Assembly (NCBI GenBank): GCA_024407725.1 | Contig: JAKSVZ010000002.1 | Coordinates: 7,403-71,402, forward strand | Source of the DNA: Opitutales bacterium | GTDB taxonomy: Bacteria > Verrucomicrobiota > Verrucomicrobiia > Opitutales > UBA9783 | Length of the DNA stretch: 64,000 nt | Direction: 5' to 3' | Shown here: positions 37,701-47,113 of the stretch, in pieces | Layout of the letters: the number at the start of each line of letters is the position of its first letter | Numbering within the stretch: the first letter of the stretch is position 1 | Made by a program: the position numbers and the translations under genes | The notes under the pieces: generated by a model | What the model saw: the letters and a program-made list of their open reading frames with translations, nothing else | Database searches by the model: none | What the model was told of the DNA's origin: nothing

Positions 37701-38391
37701 TTTGAATGCATAACAAGGCATCCTGTGCTTCCCATTCAACATCGCGAATATAATGGACATCGTTAGTTGCGATGCAGCGTACTCCAAGTTCTTTCCCGAG
37801 CTGAAACAAGGAGGGGTTGATCGCATGCTGCTCAGGCATCCCTTGGTTTTGTACTTCGATGAAAAAATGGTCTTTGCCAAAAATATCTAAATAAACCCCA
37901 AGCGCTTGCTTGGCTTTTTCATACTCTCCGCGCAACAAAAACTGCGGAATCGCGCCATTGATACAGCCAGATGATACGGTCAAGCCCTCGTGATAACGCG
38001 CCAACTGTTCTAAGTCGGTTCGGGGTTTATAGTAAAACCCATGCACATGCGCATCCGAAACCAATTGCGTCAAATGCTTAAGTCCAACTTCATTTTCAGC
38101 CCACGCGCACATATGGGCTAGCTTCAATCCCTCAGAACCTTGTTGACGCTGCCGCTCCAAACGCGACCCTTCATGCAACAGATAAAGTTCACACCCCAAA
38201 ATAGGCTTAATACCTGCCGCTTTTGCCGCCTTATAAAACGCAGGTAATCCGAACAAATTCCCATGGTCGGTTAGCGCAATGGCTGGCATGTTCAATTCAA
38301 CCGCTCGATTGATCAAACGATTGATCTTACACGCACCATCCAACAGGCTATATTCCGAGTGAACGTGCAAATGAACGAAGGAATCAGTCAC
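34783..38391 (-). CDS. dnaE: DNA polymerase III alpha subunit
   Basis: 1202 aa with a GTG start. PHP domain [15 protein letters not shown]. DnaE-like along its length. Confidence 0.95.
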   Translation of the reverse strand: MTDSFVHLHVHSEYSLLDGACKINRLINRAVELNMPAIALTDHGNLFGLPAFYKAAKAAGIKPILGCELYLLHEGSRLERQRQQGSEGLKLAHMCAWAENEVGLKHLTQLVSDAHVHGFYYKPRTDLEQLARYHEGLTVSSGCINGAIPQFLLRGEYEKAKQALGVYLDIFGKDHFFIEVQNQGMPEQHAINPSLFQLGKELGVRCIATNDVHYIRDVEWEAQDALLCIQTGMKVSDEERMRMPTRQFYLKSAEEMALAFPDHPEVLTHTLRVMEQCSAVLPFGENHYPVFTASHLSEAYQKQYKNNKELFMGLCIQGLKNRYGIDFASETGPDVFGLSAHDMVERLKYEWRIIEQAGFIDYFLIVWDFIHWAKTQGIAVGPGRGSAAGSLVAYVLTITDTDPIRFNLLFERFLNPDRVSPPDIDIDFCMRRRDEVIQYVRRTYGDENVGKIITFGTLGAKMVVRDLARVYDMSYAQADRLAKMIPDDIHITLRDALERSLELKEAVDADPAAQKLIEQGLVLEGIARNSGTHACGIIVSDHPLTDFVPTTLQEDELTTQYSKEYVEELGLLKMDFLGLKTLTIIQDTETFIHEQGDPDFDIRTISFEDAATFQMLTRGETVGVFQFESPFIQKLCSQFQFRSIDEISALSALNRPGPMEWIPEYINGKKNPDSIHYIHPLLEPVCKQTYGILVFQEQVMQAARVIAGYSLGEADILRRAMGKKKVEVMNAQRAVFVKGAWEHNSISEGKANEIFDVLAKFAGYGFNKSHSDAYAIIIYRTAYLRAHYPVQFMAAVLSSELGNSDRLSYYIENARSELHITILGPDVNESGATFTPIVSKGQRHIRFGLSAIKGVGDVAANSILEERKRNGPFHSFIDFIQRVDSKASNRRVVENLIKTGAFDSMNANRQYLLTHMDDLLKTAASVQSDRQRGQTSLFDLGTLMGSGESASEVQDDNAKGADESIQPPNSTILFDQLRDEHELLGFYLSGHPLDALQGLDERLQTFLPEELPLVPNNEVFRICGVVDEVTKRISRKTNRPWLNFNLSTKTFRYEMQLFSDAFERYGALVQEGSLLVVEGTVRKNDTGYSLTVQRVLDFHSSFNTLIQSFHWIIKPTEAAIDFFKCLREKIERNDGSVEQKVSFKVNDQFALEGSLPYGAKCFMSLNDLQELRAHPAFYALEVGVREIAPFPMKNTGRRAFTS

Positions 38392-38469
38392 AAGAAAAGT
38401 TTGTCAAAACTCGATCGATCACTCCAGCTAAAAAACAATCCGAGATATACCCCCAATCGCCTTAGAAAA

Positions 38470-38835
38470 TTAGCTGATAACCGCCATTGCTAACGCGTAC
38501 GTTTTGCAATGAGACAAGGAAATATGCACCTGAGTAGCCCCACACTGCTTCAAAAGCGCCTGCCCTCGCTCATCCAGCCGTACATAGGGCATTCCGTTGG
38601 GCTGGTGTAATACCTCAATCGATAACCACCCCAGCTGTTGACAAAAGCCCGTTGTTAATGCCTTAGCTACCGCTTCCTTGGCTGCAAAACAAGCAGCAAA
38701 TGAAGCACACGTGGGCTTGCCATAACAGTATTTCCATTCGCTTGGCGTAAATATAAAACGGCATAATGATTGTTCATACCGCTCCAACAACCGTTGTACG
38801 CGGCTAATTTCAACAATATCCGTTCCTATATACAT
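38470..38835 (-). CDS. acpS: Holo-ACP synthase
   Basis: MYIGTDIVEISRV... and AAKEAVAKAL are AcpS-type motifs. I prefer the ATG at 38835 over the TTG at 38844. Confidence 0.85.
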   Translation of the reverse strand: MYIGTDIVEISRVQRLLERYEQSLCRFIFTPSEWKYCYGKPTCASFAACFAAKEAVAKALTTGFCQQLGWLSIEVLHQPNGMPYVRLDERGQALLKQCGATQVHISLSHCKTYALAMAVIS

Positions 38836-38840
38836 AGCGT

Positions 38841-39980
38841 TCAATTTTGAATGCGGGTTCTAGGCTTTCCGGCACGCAACCAAGCCTCAATAAATCTATC
38901 GATATCCCCATCCATCACTGCTTGCACATTACCTGTTTCTACATTGGTACGCAAATCCTTAACCATCTGATACGGCTGAAATACATAGCTTCGGATTTGA
39001 TACCCCCAGCCAATTTCACCTTTTTCCCCATAAAAACGCTCTAAAGACGAACGTTTTTCATCCTGCATCCGTTCATACAAACGTGCTTTGAGAACCGCCA
39101 TCGCTGCTTCACGGTTTTTAATCTGCGAGCGTTCGTTTTGGCAAGTAACCACAATACCGGTTGGGAAATGCGTAATGCGCACCGCCGATTCCGTTTTATT
39201 AACATGCTGCCCACCCGCGCCACTCGAACGATAGACATCAATCCGTATATCCTTATCCACAATCGGGACCTCAATGTCCTCTTTAAGTTCGGCCACCACA
39301 TCCACCGCACAAAACGACGTATGACGTTTACGGTTGGCATCAAAGGGACTAATGCGCACCAGACGATGCACCCCTCGCTCTGCTTTTAAATTGCCGTAAG
39401 CATATAAACCTTCAACCCGAAACGTTACGCTGCTAATACCCGCCTCATCGCCGTTTTGCATCGATTGCAGTGTTAAAGTAAAGCCTTTGCGTTCAACCCA
39501 ACGGGTATACATCCGCAACACCATTTGTGCCCAATCGCATGCCTCGGTACCCCCTGCCCCCGCGTGAATGGTTACAATCGCATTGTTGGCATCCATGGGG
39601 TCTGACAAAAATGCCTGAAGCTCCATGCTATCCAAAAGCTTTTGGGTGGTTTCAATCGTTTGGTTCAATTCCGTTACCCACGTGTTGATTTCGTCATCCG
39701 ATAAGGCTTCCTTGCACAACGTTAAAATCTCCTGAGCATTGCCCACCAACTGATACGCTTGATCCAATTGCGCCAACGCACGCGTTAAATCTTTGCTTTC
39801 GCGCTGCAGAGATTGAGCAAGTTCCAAATTACCCTCTTGCCACAAACGATCGTCCGTCAATTGTTTTTGGATCGCCTGCAAACGCTCCTTCTTCTCTTTG
39901 TGCTTCAAAAAGCTGGCAATCTGCTCCAAACGATGCGCAAGCGTTTCAACGGCATTGACTGTAGTAATATCCACCGTCAT
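38841..39980 (-). CDS. prfB: Peptide chain release factor 2, single uninterrupted ORF
   Basis: Has the SPF tripeptide (RISPFDANRKRHTSF) and GGQHVNKTESAVRITH. 379 aa with no in-frame UGA. Confidence 0.9.
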   Translation of the reverse strand: MTVDITTVNAVETLAHRLEQIASFLKHKEKKERLQAIQKQLTDDRLWQEGNLELAQSLQRESKDLTRALAQLDQAYQLVGNAQEILTLCKEALSDDEINTWVTELNQTIETTQKLLDSMELQAFLSDPMDANNAIVTIHAGAGGTEACDWAQMVLRMYTRWVERKGFTLTLQSMQNGDEAGISSVTFRVEGLYAYGNLKAERGVHRLVRISPFDANRKRHTSFCAVDVVAELKEDIEVPIVDKDIRIDVYRSSGAGGQHVNKTESAVRITHFPTGIVVTCQNERSQIKNREAAMAVLKARLYERMQDEKRSSLERFYGEKGEIGWGYQIRSYVFQPYQMVKDLRTNVETGNVQAVMDGDIDRFIEAWLRAGKPRTRIQN

Positions 39981-40018
39981 ACGTAGGTACCCTAACGTTT
40001 TACCTGCATAAATGCAAG

Positions 40019-40513
40019 TTATGAACCCTCATCCAGCAAAATCGTACTGACCAATCCGGTTGTTCCTGTTTTATGGTAAGCCTCCTCAGAAGCCTTGATA
40101 AACCCATCCGATTCAGGCACCGGAATGGCTTTAATCCGACGGCAATGATAGGGGTACATGGGATTATCTTCGCACCCCAATTCAGGTTTGGGCGCATCCG
40201 GTAACACACTCATCAATAAATCATCCATATGGCGCTCAGCTTCCCACAAACGCCGTTCAAAATACCGAACAAGCAACGGTTTACCTTGGAAAGGCGTCTG
40301 CGAATAACAGGAAAAGTTATAATCCGTATGGATATAATCGGCTCGGTCATCGCTAATTACCGCTTCACCTGCATCCATAGCGGTTAACGATAAAAACGAC
40401 TGTCGGGATTCAGGAAACAACAACACGGGACGATCCGCTTTAAAGGGCAAATCTGACCAACACCGCAGGGCACAAAACCCTACTACCAAGCAAAAACCCA
40501 CTGCTACTCGCAT
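40019..40513 (-). CDS. Hypothetical exported or membrane-anchored protein in the TonB/TolA position of the exbBD cluster
   Basis: 164 aa. N-terminal hydrophobic segment MRVAVGFCLVVGFCALRC. Overlaps exbD by 10 nt. I recognised no motif. Confidence 0.55.
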   Translation of the reverse strand: MRVAVGFCLVVGFCALRCWSDLPFKADRPVLLFPESRQSFLSLTAMDAGEAVISDDRADYIHTDYNFSCYSQTPFQGKPLLVRYFERRLWEAERHMDDLLMSVLPDAPKPELGCEDNPMYPYHCRRIKAIPVPESDGFIKASEEAYHKTGTTGLVSTILLDEGS

Positions 40514-40953
40514 GATGCATTAACTGCTAACTGAACCGATGTCCATCCATGGGTTTTAGCAAATGAGGTTAGCTCCAACACCTTGCTCAACGGCACCTGC
40601 CCATCCGCTTTCAACAACAGCGTACCATCGCTTTCCGGAATCGCGCGAAACACTTGTTCCAATTGCGTAAAATCATACAGGCGGTGATTAAAAAAGATAC
40701 GCAGATCTGCATCAATCGTAATGCTTTCGCGAAACGGCCGTGCATATTGGTAACTCATGGATTGCGCTACCGCCGGAACAGCCACGGGGAATCCGGGGGG
40801 GCAGAGCCAATGCGAGCTCAACAACACAAGCCCCAAAGCCAAGGTCAGCACATTAACATACGGAATCCATTGCCAACCCCGTGCGTTGATGATTTCAGCA
40901 CGCTCCCAATGCGACACCAACTCAAGCGGTTCCAACGTACTAATGCTTTTCAT
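40504..40953 (-). CDS. exbD: ExbD/TolR-family biopolymer transport protein
   Basis: 149 aa with a single N-terminal TM (IPYVNVLTLALGLVLLS). The periplasmic domain reads ...LLLKADGQVPLSKVLELTSFAKTHGW. Confidence 0.7.
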   Translation of the reverse strand: MKSISTLEPLELVSHWERAEIINARGWQWIPYVNVLTLALGLVLLSSHWLCPPGFPVAVPAVAQSMSYQYARPFRESITIDADLRIFFNHRLYDFTQLEQVFRAIPESDGTLLLKADGQVPLSKVLELTSFAKTHGWTSVQLAVNASCE

Positions 40954-41609
40954 TTAACGTTCGTGCTAGGATTCAATGGCTCGCTGGGGTTGTCAAAACG
41001 CAACGGGTTTTGTTGAAAAAACACTACCCATTCGTTTGCTACCCATTCCAAATCAAACACAATTCTTCGTGCACGCGAATTTAAAAAATAATAACCTACC
41101 GCCAACAGCAGCATTTCAACAAGCCCTAAAAAGGTAACTGAGCAGGCAGATACAATGTAAGGCGAAAACGTGGTTAATTGCGTATACGCTTGAACGCTGC
41201 CCATCATCCAAAACCCCTTCAAGAGAAAAAAGACCGTACCGATTAATCCAATCATTGGAGCAATAGCGCTCAAAAGACGCACAGATTCAATCCGCTTGCG
41301 CAACAGTGGGAGTTCAATCAAGGCACTTTGTTGCAAAATCAAACGTAATACCGCCGCCGGTTGTTGATGATTTAACAGCGCCCCTTTGGTTAGCCGTGCC
41401 ACAGCTCCCTGTGTATGTTCGCACAAGGTTAGCGCTTCCATAAAACGCCCCTTAATCAACAGCCCTTTAATGCCATCCACAAAGCCTCTTGAGGATAAAG
41501 CGGTTTTGTTAAGGAAGCTTAAACGCTCTACAAAAAACAAAGCCCCTAAAAACCCAATTATACCCAATGGGAATAAAAACCAACCGATTGTTTTGCAGAT
41601 TTCAACCAT
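40950..41609 (-). CDS. exbB: MotA/TolQ/ExbB-family proton channel
   Basis: 219 aa with a 3-TM topology. The C-terminal region is ExbB-like (...LLSAIAPMIGLIGTVFFLLKGF...). Has a 4-nt overlap with exbD. Confidence 0.75.
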   Translation of the reverse strand: MVEICKTIGWFLFPLGIIGFLGALFFVERLSFLNKTALSSRGFVDGIKGLLIKGRFMEALTLCEHTQGAVARLTKGALLNHQQPAAVLRLILQQSALIELPLLRKRIESVRLLSAIAPMIGLIGTVFFLLKGFWMMGSVQAYTQLTTFSPYIVSACSVTFLGLVEMLLLAVGYYFLNSRARRIVFDLEWVANEWVVFFQQNPLRFDNPSEPLNPSTNVK

Positions 41610-41612
41610 GCA

Positions 41613-42653
41613 CTAGTTAGCAGCAGGTTTTTCGGTCGGAATATACTGCGCTTTCCCAAACAATTTATCAGCCCAATTGGTTGGAATCGGTTTTTCATCA
41701 CGAATGAACTGAATACGTTCTTGCGCCAATTCGGTACTATCCGAAGCCGGAGTAAACCGTCTGGCTTCCTCGTAGAAAATCATCGCTCCATCCGGATAAT
41801 GGCGGCGGAACAAAAAGAAATCGCCCATGACTACGCGACTACCGGTATGGTAATTATAGGCTGTTTTTAAGCCCTCTTTGGCTCGCTCCGTTAAATCAGC
41901 TAAATCGCTGCGGTTACCAAATAACACCAAAAAATCCTTATAAGCATTAATAGCTTTTCGGGTCATTCCCTGATCCTGCGCCGGCCCATTAACAAAGGCT
42001 AAATACAAATCGCCTTGAAACACATAGGCTTTCGGGGTCCATGGGCTGTTGGGATAACGATCAATCAACTGATCCAGCGCCTGAATGGCCTTTGCTTTTT
42101 CATTATCCATTTGGTGCATTTCTGCAATGTAATAAAAGGCTTTGGGGGCTTTTTCGGTACGCGGAGCCCGCTCAATGATATGATTGAAGCTTTCAATAGC
42201 CTTTTTGGGATCTTGGAAAAAGGCTGTAAAGCGCGAGGAAGTACGTTTCTTGGTTTTATACTCATCGCATAGCTGACACGCTACCTCAAATTCATCGTCC
42301 ATAACCTCCCCATAACGGTCATACGCAGGAAAGTTTTTGGTTACAAATTTGAATTTATCAAAAGCCTCTTTTTTGCGATCCATACGCAACAGCAATTTAC
42401 CCCATGAATAATGGGCTTCTGCTGCTGCCTCGGTTCCCAAATACGATTTGGCAATGGTCTTGTAAATTTTTTCAGCACCTTGGTCGTTGCCTGCTCGCTC
42501 AAACTGTAAAGCTCGCTCTAATAGTTCCTGTGCTTCTGCTTCCTGTTGATCGTTGTAGGCTACAATTTGCTGCGGGGGTATATCGTTTTTAACGGTTTTA
42601 CATCCGCCTAAAACCAACAATGCAATTGGGATAAAATACAATCCTTTGCTCAT
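41613..42653 (-). CDS. TPR-repeat lipoprotein (BamD/YfiO-like)
   Basis: The ATG at 42653 gives MSKGLYFIPIALLVLGGCKTV, containing the lipobox LGGC. Multiple TPR-like repeats follow. Confidence 0.6.
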   Translation of the reverse strand: MSKGLYFIPIALLVLGGCKTVKNDIPPQQIVAYNDQQEAEAQELLERALQFERAGNDQGAEKIYKTIAKSYLGTEAAAEAHYSWGKLLLRMDRKKEAFDKFKFVTKNFPAYDRYGEVMDDEFEVACQLCDEYKTKKRTSSRFTAFFQDPKKAIESFNHIIERAPRTEKAPKAFYYIAEMHQMDNEKAKAIQALDQLIDRYPNSPWTPKAYVFQGDLYLAFVNGPAQDQGMTRKAINAYKDFLVLFGNRSDLADLTERAKEGLKTAYNYHTGSRVVMGDFFLFRRHYPDGAMIFYEEARRFTPASDSTELAQERIQFIRDEKPIPTNWADKLFGKAQYIPTEKPAAN

Positions 42654-42655
42654 AG

Positions 42656-43639
42656 TTAGTACTGTATTAAACTTGCGCCCCAAGTCAACCCTCCTCCAAA
42701 AGCAACCAACAAAATGCGTTCACCTGGGTTAAAACGCCCTGCCGCTTCTGCTTGTGCCAACGCCACTGGGATGGAAGCCGCCGAGGTATTGCCGGTTTGA
42801 TCGATATTACAAATCATCCGATCCATTGGGAATCCCAATTCATCTGCCAATGCTTGAACAATGCGTAAATTAGCCTGATGAGGAACCATCCATTTGATAT
42901 CTGCTATCGTTAACTGCTGGCGTTCTAACACTCCCCGCACGGCTTCTACCATCCGACGAACCGCTACCTTAAAGATTTCGCGTCCATTCATCGACACAAA
43001 ATGCAAATTATCCGCCACGGTGGTTGCGGTAGCCGGTTGTAAAGAACCGCCTGCGGGTACGCACAACAAACTGGGATTGGAACCATCTGCCCCCAATACC
43101 CCATCGACCACACAGTGTGCATTCGTATCCGATTGACCTAATACGCAAGCGCCGGCACCATCTCCGAACAACACGCAGGTATTGCGATCCTTCCAATTAA
43201 CGATGGCGGATAGTTTTTCACTGCCAATCACCAAGGCATGGCGATAAACCCCGTTGGCTAAAAAATGGCGTGCAACATCCAATGCATAGACAAAACCCGA
43301 ACAGGCGGCGTTGATATCAAACGCCATAATAGGTCGCAGTCCCAATTTCGCCTGTAATATAGCTGCAGTGGATGGCAGTGGCATATCGGGCGTAACCGTT
43401 GCGACAATCAATAAATCAATCGCTTCGGGGGCAATTTTGGCGTTGGTTAACGCTTGTTTAGCGGCCTGTAATGCTAAATCTGAACAGGCTTCGTTTTCAG
43501 CTGCAATGTGGCGTTGAGCAATACCGGTACGGGTACGAATCCACTCGTCTGAAGTATCAACACACTTCGACAAATCATCATTGGTTACTACCTTTTTCGG
43601 CAGATAATAACCCGTTCCCATGATACGAACAAATGCCAT
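42656..43639 (-). CDS. fabH: 3-oxoacyl-ACP synthase III
   Basis: 327 aa. Active-site Cys context INAACSGFVYAL. Also has HQANLRI and GNTSAASIP. Confidence 0.95.
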   Translation of the reverse strand: MAFVRIMGTGYYLPKKVVTNDDLSKCVDTSDEWIRTRTGIAQRHIAAENEACSDLALQAAKQALTNAKIAPEAIDLLIVATVTPDMPLPSTAAILQAKLGLRPIMAFDINAACSGFVYALDVARHFLANGVYRHALVIGSEKLSAIVNWKDRNTCVLFGDGAGACVLGQSDTNAHCVVDGVLGADGSNPSLLCVPAGGSLQPATATTVADNLHFVSMNGREIFKVAVRRMVEAVRGVLERQQLTIADIKWMVPHQANLRIVQALADELGFPMDRMICNIDQTGNTSAASIPVALAQAEAAGRFNPGERILLVAFGGGLTWGASLIQY

Positions 43640-44718
43640 TATGACCGTACTCCTTCACTTGCTAACAACACCGCATTGGAATAAGCCACATCCGACTTAA
43701 CCGTTTGCACATCAAAAACCTCAATACACTTAAGGCATACTTGAATACAACCCGCAATCGCTTCTGCCTTACTCGAACCGTGGGCTTTAAATACCCAGCC
43801 ATTAAGACCCAATAAGGGGGCTCCGCTGAACTGTTCTGGAGCAAATTTCTGTTTCATCTCCTTAAACGCCCCGTTACATAATAACGCACCCAATTTACGG
43901 ATAGGATACCGTTGAAATTCCTGCTTCAAAAAGCCCTTTAAGCATCCAAATAACGACTCGCAGCTTTTGAGCAAAATATTACCGACAAAACCGTCGCAAA
44001 CTACCACATCCACCCCGTTGGAAAACAGGTCAAATCCTTCTACCAACCCGATATAATGGATGCGGTCGGTACACTGTTTGAGAACCGCATGAGCCGCTTG
44101 AATGGAGGCAGTTCCTTTTCCTTCTTCCTTACCAATGGTTAACAGTCCTACCCGAGGTTTTTCGCAATGTAAAACGGCTTTTGCAAAATGTGCCCCTAAA
44201 ATAGCATTATGCACTAAATAATGAGCATCGTTAGCTGGATTTGCTCCTACATCCACTAAGATAAAAGGATCGGTGCTGGTAGGAATAATACTCGCTAAAG
44301 CAGGGCGTATAACCCCCTCGATGGTTTTGAGCTTCAACGTACTTCCGGCCATTAATCCACCGGTGTTACCGCAGCTAATCACAGCATCTGCTTTCCCCTG
44401 CGTTACTAAATCAATCGTTTTAAAAACGGATGCTTCTTTTTTATGGCGCAATCCATCCAAAGGATGATCGTCCATCTTTAACACTTCAGGGGTATGGCAC
44501 AGTTGAATGTTTTTGGCACAATCCAACCCGTTTTGTTTCATCAACGGTTGGACAATAGCCTCATCCCCAACCAACGTAAGCGAACCAATACGATGCCCGA
44601 CGGAGGCTAAGGCTAGGCTTACCCCCTTAATCAGTTGTTCTGGGCCATAATCTGAACCCATAACATCCACCCCAATGCGCGGCAATGCCAGCGTAGGGCA
44701 ATGTGAAGCATTAGACAT
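43639..44718 (-). CDS. plsX: Phosphate acyltransferase PlsX
   Basis: The ATG at 44718 gives MSNASHCPTLALPRIGVDVMGSDYGP..., which is PlsX-like. The rpmF-plsX-fabH order is conserved in bacteria. Confidence 0.9.
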   Translation of the reverse strand: MSNASHCPTLALPRIGVDVMGSDYGPEQLIKGVSLALASVGHRIGSLTLVGDEAIVQPLMKQNGLDCAKNIQLCHTPEVLKMDDHPLDGLRHKKEASVFKTIDLVTQGKADAVISCGNTGGLMAGSTLKLKTIEGVIRPALASIIPTSTDPFILVDVGANPANDAHYLVHNAILGAHFAKAVLHCEKPRVGLLTIGKEEGKGTASIQAAHAVLKQCTDRIHYIGLVEGFDLFSNGVDVVVCDGFVGNILLKSCESLFGCLKGFLKQEFQRYPIRKLGALLCNGAFKEMKQKFAPEQFSGAPLLGLNGWVFKAHGSSKAEAIAGCIQVCLKCIEVFDVQTVKSDVAYSNAVLLASEGVRS

Positions 44719-44726
44719 GAAGCGGA

Positions 44727-44927
44727 TTACAAAGTAACATCCAACACCTGACGTCCACGGTACATACCGGTGTCCGGATTGACATGATGACTTTTTACCC
44801 AAGAACCATCCGTTGGATCTTGAACCAGATTTGGCTGCGAATATCCCAAGCGCCGCTTTGTGGAGCTATTGGCTCCCCGCCTTAAACCGCTACGTCTTTT
44901 GGATTGTTTTCTTTTTGGCTGTCCCAT
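44727..44927 (-). CDS. rpmF: 50S ribosomal protein L32
   Basis: MGQPKRKQSKRRSGLRRGAN...; 66 aa, located upstream of plsX. Confidence 0.85.
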   Translation of the reverse strand: MGQPKRKQSKRRSGLRRGANSSTKRRLGYSQPNLVQDPTDGSWVKSHHVNPDTGMYRGRQVLDVTL

Positions 44928-45008
44928 AGCAAATAGTTTTTATTGATTTTTTATAAAGCAAACATTCCTAACGATTGATGTCAATGACGAACCTTATCAA
45001 TCAACCCA

Positions 45009-46376
45009 CTAAGCTTGTTGTGTCTTTGCGCATTGCCGCTTTTTCATCCAAATAGAAAGCGCTAACCCAATGGCCATTAAGGGAGGATAAAATTCGCAGC
45101 GCATAATATCCACTGCGCTTAAATGGACTGCCGTAGATAAGCTAGTAGCAATCAACACTTGCGCGCCATAAGGAATCATGCCCTGAACCACGCACGACGT
45201 AATGTCCATCAAACTGGCAATACGCTTTGGATCTACTTTATAGCACAACCCCATTTCTTTTGCCAAAGGCCCTGCAGTGATAATCGCAATCGTATTGTTG
45301 GCGGTAAACAAATTGATAATGCCGGTTAGGCAACAAATTCCCAATTCGCAAGTATATCGATTTTTAATCAACCGACCTGCTGCCTGAATTAAATACGCAA
45401 TACCGCCATTGTATCGAATCAGCACCATTAAACCGCCAGACAACAAGGCAATAATCAAGGTGGGTGCCATTTCCACAGTACCGTTGCCAATAATGCTAAA
45501 CGCATCGAAGATATTAAAGCTCTGGTACCAAAGCCCAATGCCTATATTGAGTGCGATCCCCAAAAACAACAACAGCAGGACATTAACGCCCGCTACTCCT
45601 AGGATTAACAAGAGAACATAAGGCATTACCTTAATACAATCGGTAAGCGTCACAGCAACCACATCAGTCGCTACCCTTGGCGCAGCAAACGTTGGTAACG
45701 CATACAACAGGATGCAAAGCAAAGCTGGCACACAAACAATTTTGATATTACACAGCATTTTATCGCGCATTTCGACCCCTTGAGTACGGGTAGCAGCAAT
45801 CGTGGTATCCGATACCAACGATAAATTGTCGCCAAACATAGACCCTCCAACAATCGCACCGGTAATAACAGCTGGATTTAACCCCAAGGTGGTTGCCAAC
45901 GAAATTCCGATAGGTACCAAGGTTGCAATGGTTCCGCAGGACGTTCCCATAGCCAAAGCGATAAAGCAAGCCACCATAAACATTCCGGGGAGTAAAAACG
46001 CATCCGGAACCAACGCGCGTGCAATCGTTACTGATGCATCGACTCCGCCGACCGCCTTAGCAATTTCCGTAAACGCTCCAGCTAGGATAAAGATAAGGCA
46101 CATAATCATGATGTCTTGATGCCCCATGCCTAACGCAAACAGTTCGATTTTCCGTTGCAGCTTTTCCTTGCGGTTCAACATTAAGGCGGTTGCAGACGAA
46201 ATTAAAAACGCAATGGTCATGGGCACCTTGTAAAAATCGCGCGTTATCAACGCAAAACCGAAATAAAATGCCACAAATACACCAAAGGGCAACAAAGCCT
46301 TGGGGCGTGGAGGGCACCAAGGATCCAACAATGCATCTAACCGAGGATCTTTAGCAGGTCGGTTTGATAAGTTCAT
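45009..46376 (-). CDS. NhaC-family Na+/H+ antiporter-like membrane transporter
   Basis: About 455 aa from the ATG at 46376, with ~11-12 TM segments. The family call rests on overall resemblance only. Confidence 0.6.
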   Translation of the reverse strand: MNLSNRPAKDPRLDALLDPWCPPRPKALLPFGVFVAFYFGFALITRDFYKVPMTIAFLISSATALMLNRKEKLQRKIELFALGMGHQDIMIMCLIFILAGAFTEIAKAVGGVDASVTIARALVPDAFLLPGMFMVACFIALAMGTSCGTIATLVPIGISLATTLGLNPAVITGAIVGGSMFGDNLSLVSDTTIAATRTQGVEMRDKMLCNIKIVCVPALLCILLYALPTFAAPRVATDVVAVTLTDCIKVMPYVLLLILGVAGVNVLLLLFLGIALNIGIGLWYQSFNIFDAFSIIGNGTVEMAPTLIIALLSGGLMVLIRYNGGIAYLIQAAGRLIKNRYTCELGICCLTGIINLFTANNTIAIITAGPLAKEMGLCYKVDPKRIASLMDITSCVVQGMIPYGAQVLIATSLSTAVHLSAVDIMRCEFYPPLMAIGLALSIWMKKRQCAKTQQA

Positions 46377-46436
46377 GATATAGGATAATGAAGGCGTATA
46401 GCCGTTAAACGTCAACCTTGTTACGCAATGAGGGAA

Positions 46437-47045
46437 TTATAAAACCTTCGCTATCTGCTTGAACACCGCATAATGCCCTTGCCGTCCGGTTACGCGTGCA
46501 AAAAACGTATCTACAACATAAGGCTCAACCTCAACTAGCTGCCAATCGGGATGGTCGGTAACCGTTTGGCAAACCGCCTCAAAATAATCAATAGCGTCGG
46601 TTTCAAAATGAATACAGGCGTCAGGGCTTACCTTGCGCGCCAATTGCGATAAAAACGGCGCCTGCAACAAACGATGCTTGTGATGGCGCTTTTTTGGCCA
46701 AGGATCCGGATAAAAAATAAGCACCTCATTCCATAACCATTGCTCCGGCAAACAATCCAGCAATTCTTCCGCGCGTGCCTTTAAAAATTGACAGTTGGTT
46801 AGACCCAACCGCTGGGCTTTGCGGTTCGATTTACCCACCCGCTGCGTAATAAGATCAATCCCAAAGCAAAACCGTTCCGGATAACGCTGCGCATACGATA
46901 CCAAAAAATCCCCGTGTCCGCTGCCAATTTCCAACGTTTTAAACGCACAATCAGTATGTAGAAGTTCGGATAAGGTTTTCGACAAAGTAGCTTTGCGCGC
47001 CTCAACTGAAGCAAGGTACGCTGTATAGCTAGAACTCGTGTTCAT
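46437..47045 (-). CDS. trmB: tRNA (guanine-N7)-methyltransferase
   Basis: 202 aa. Has LEIGSGHGDFLV (SAM motif) and ...FYPDPWPKKRHHKHRL, typical of TrmB. Confidence 0.85.
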   Translation of the reverse strand: MNTSSSYTAYLASVEARKATLSKTLSELLHTDCAFKTLEIGSGHGDFLVSYAQRYPERFCFGIDLITQRVGKSNRKAQRLGLTNCQFLKARAEELLDCLPEQWLWNEVLIFYPDPWPKKRHHKHRLLQAPFLSQLARKVSPDACIHFETDAIDYFEAVCQTVTDHPDWQLVEVEPYVVDTFFARVTGRQGHYAVFKQIAKVL

Positions 47046-47062
47046 TTTTTAAAAAACGTCTT

Positions 47063-47113
47063 GAACTTTATTTATGGAACTTTATTTATGGAACTTTATT
47101 TATGGAACTTTAT
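47063..47113 (+). repeat. 14-bp tandem repeat (gaactttatttatg) x3 plus a 9-nt partial unit, containing the OMP start codon
   Basis: Units at 47063-47076, 47077-47090 and 47091-47104, with a partial unit at 47105-47113. Each unit carries an ATG (47074, 47088, 47102) and only the last opens the long ORF. Confidence 0.95.

Noticed and set aside
38841-39980. Programmed +1 frameshift site in prfB
   Set aside because: The RF2 ORF is uninterrupted from the ATG at 39980, with no in-frame UGA or CUU UGA motif near codon 26. This gene does not use the autoregulatory frameshift.
40000-40209. 69-aa minus-strand ORF overlapping the 40019-40513 ORF
   Set aside because: It is an alternative frame nested inside a longer ORF that is translationally coupled to exbD. 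It has no independent support.
47063-47113. Possible CRISPR or mobile-element terminal repeats
   Set aside because: The 14-bp units are directly adjacent with no spacers, so this is not a CRISPR array. No cas, transposase or integrase genes occur anywhere in the window, and the two tRNA genes have no adjacent integrase or direct-repeat att-like copies.
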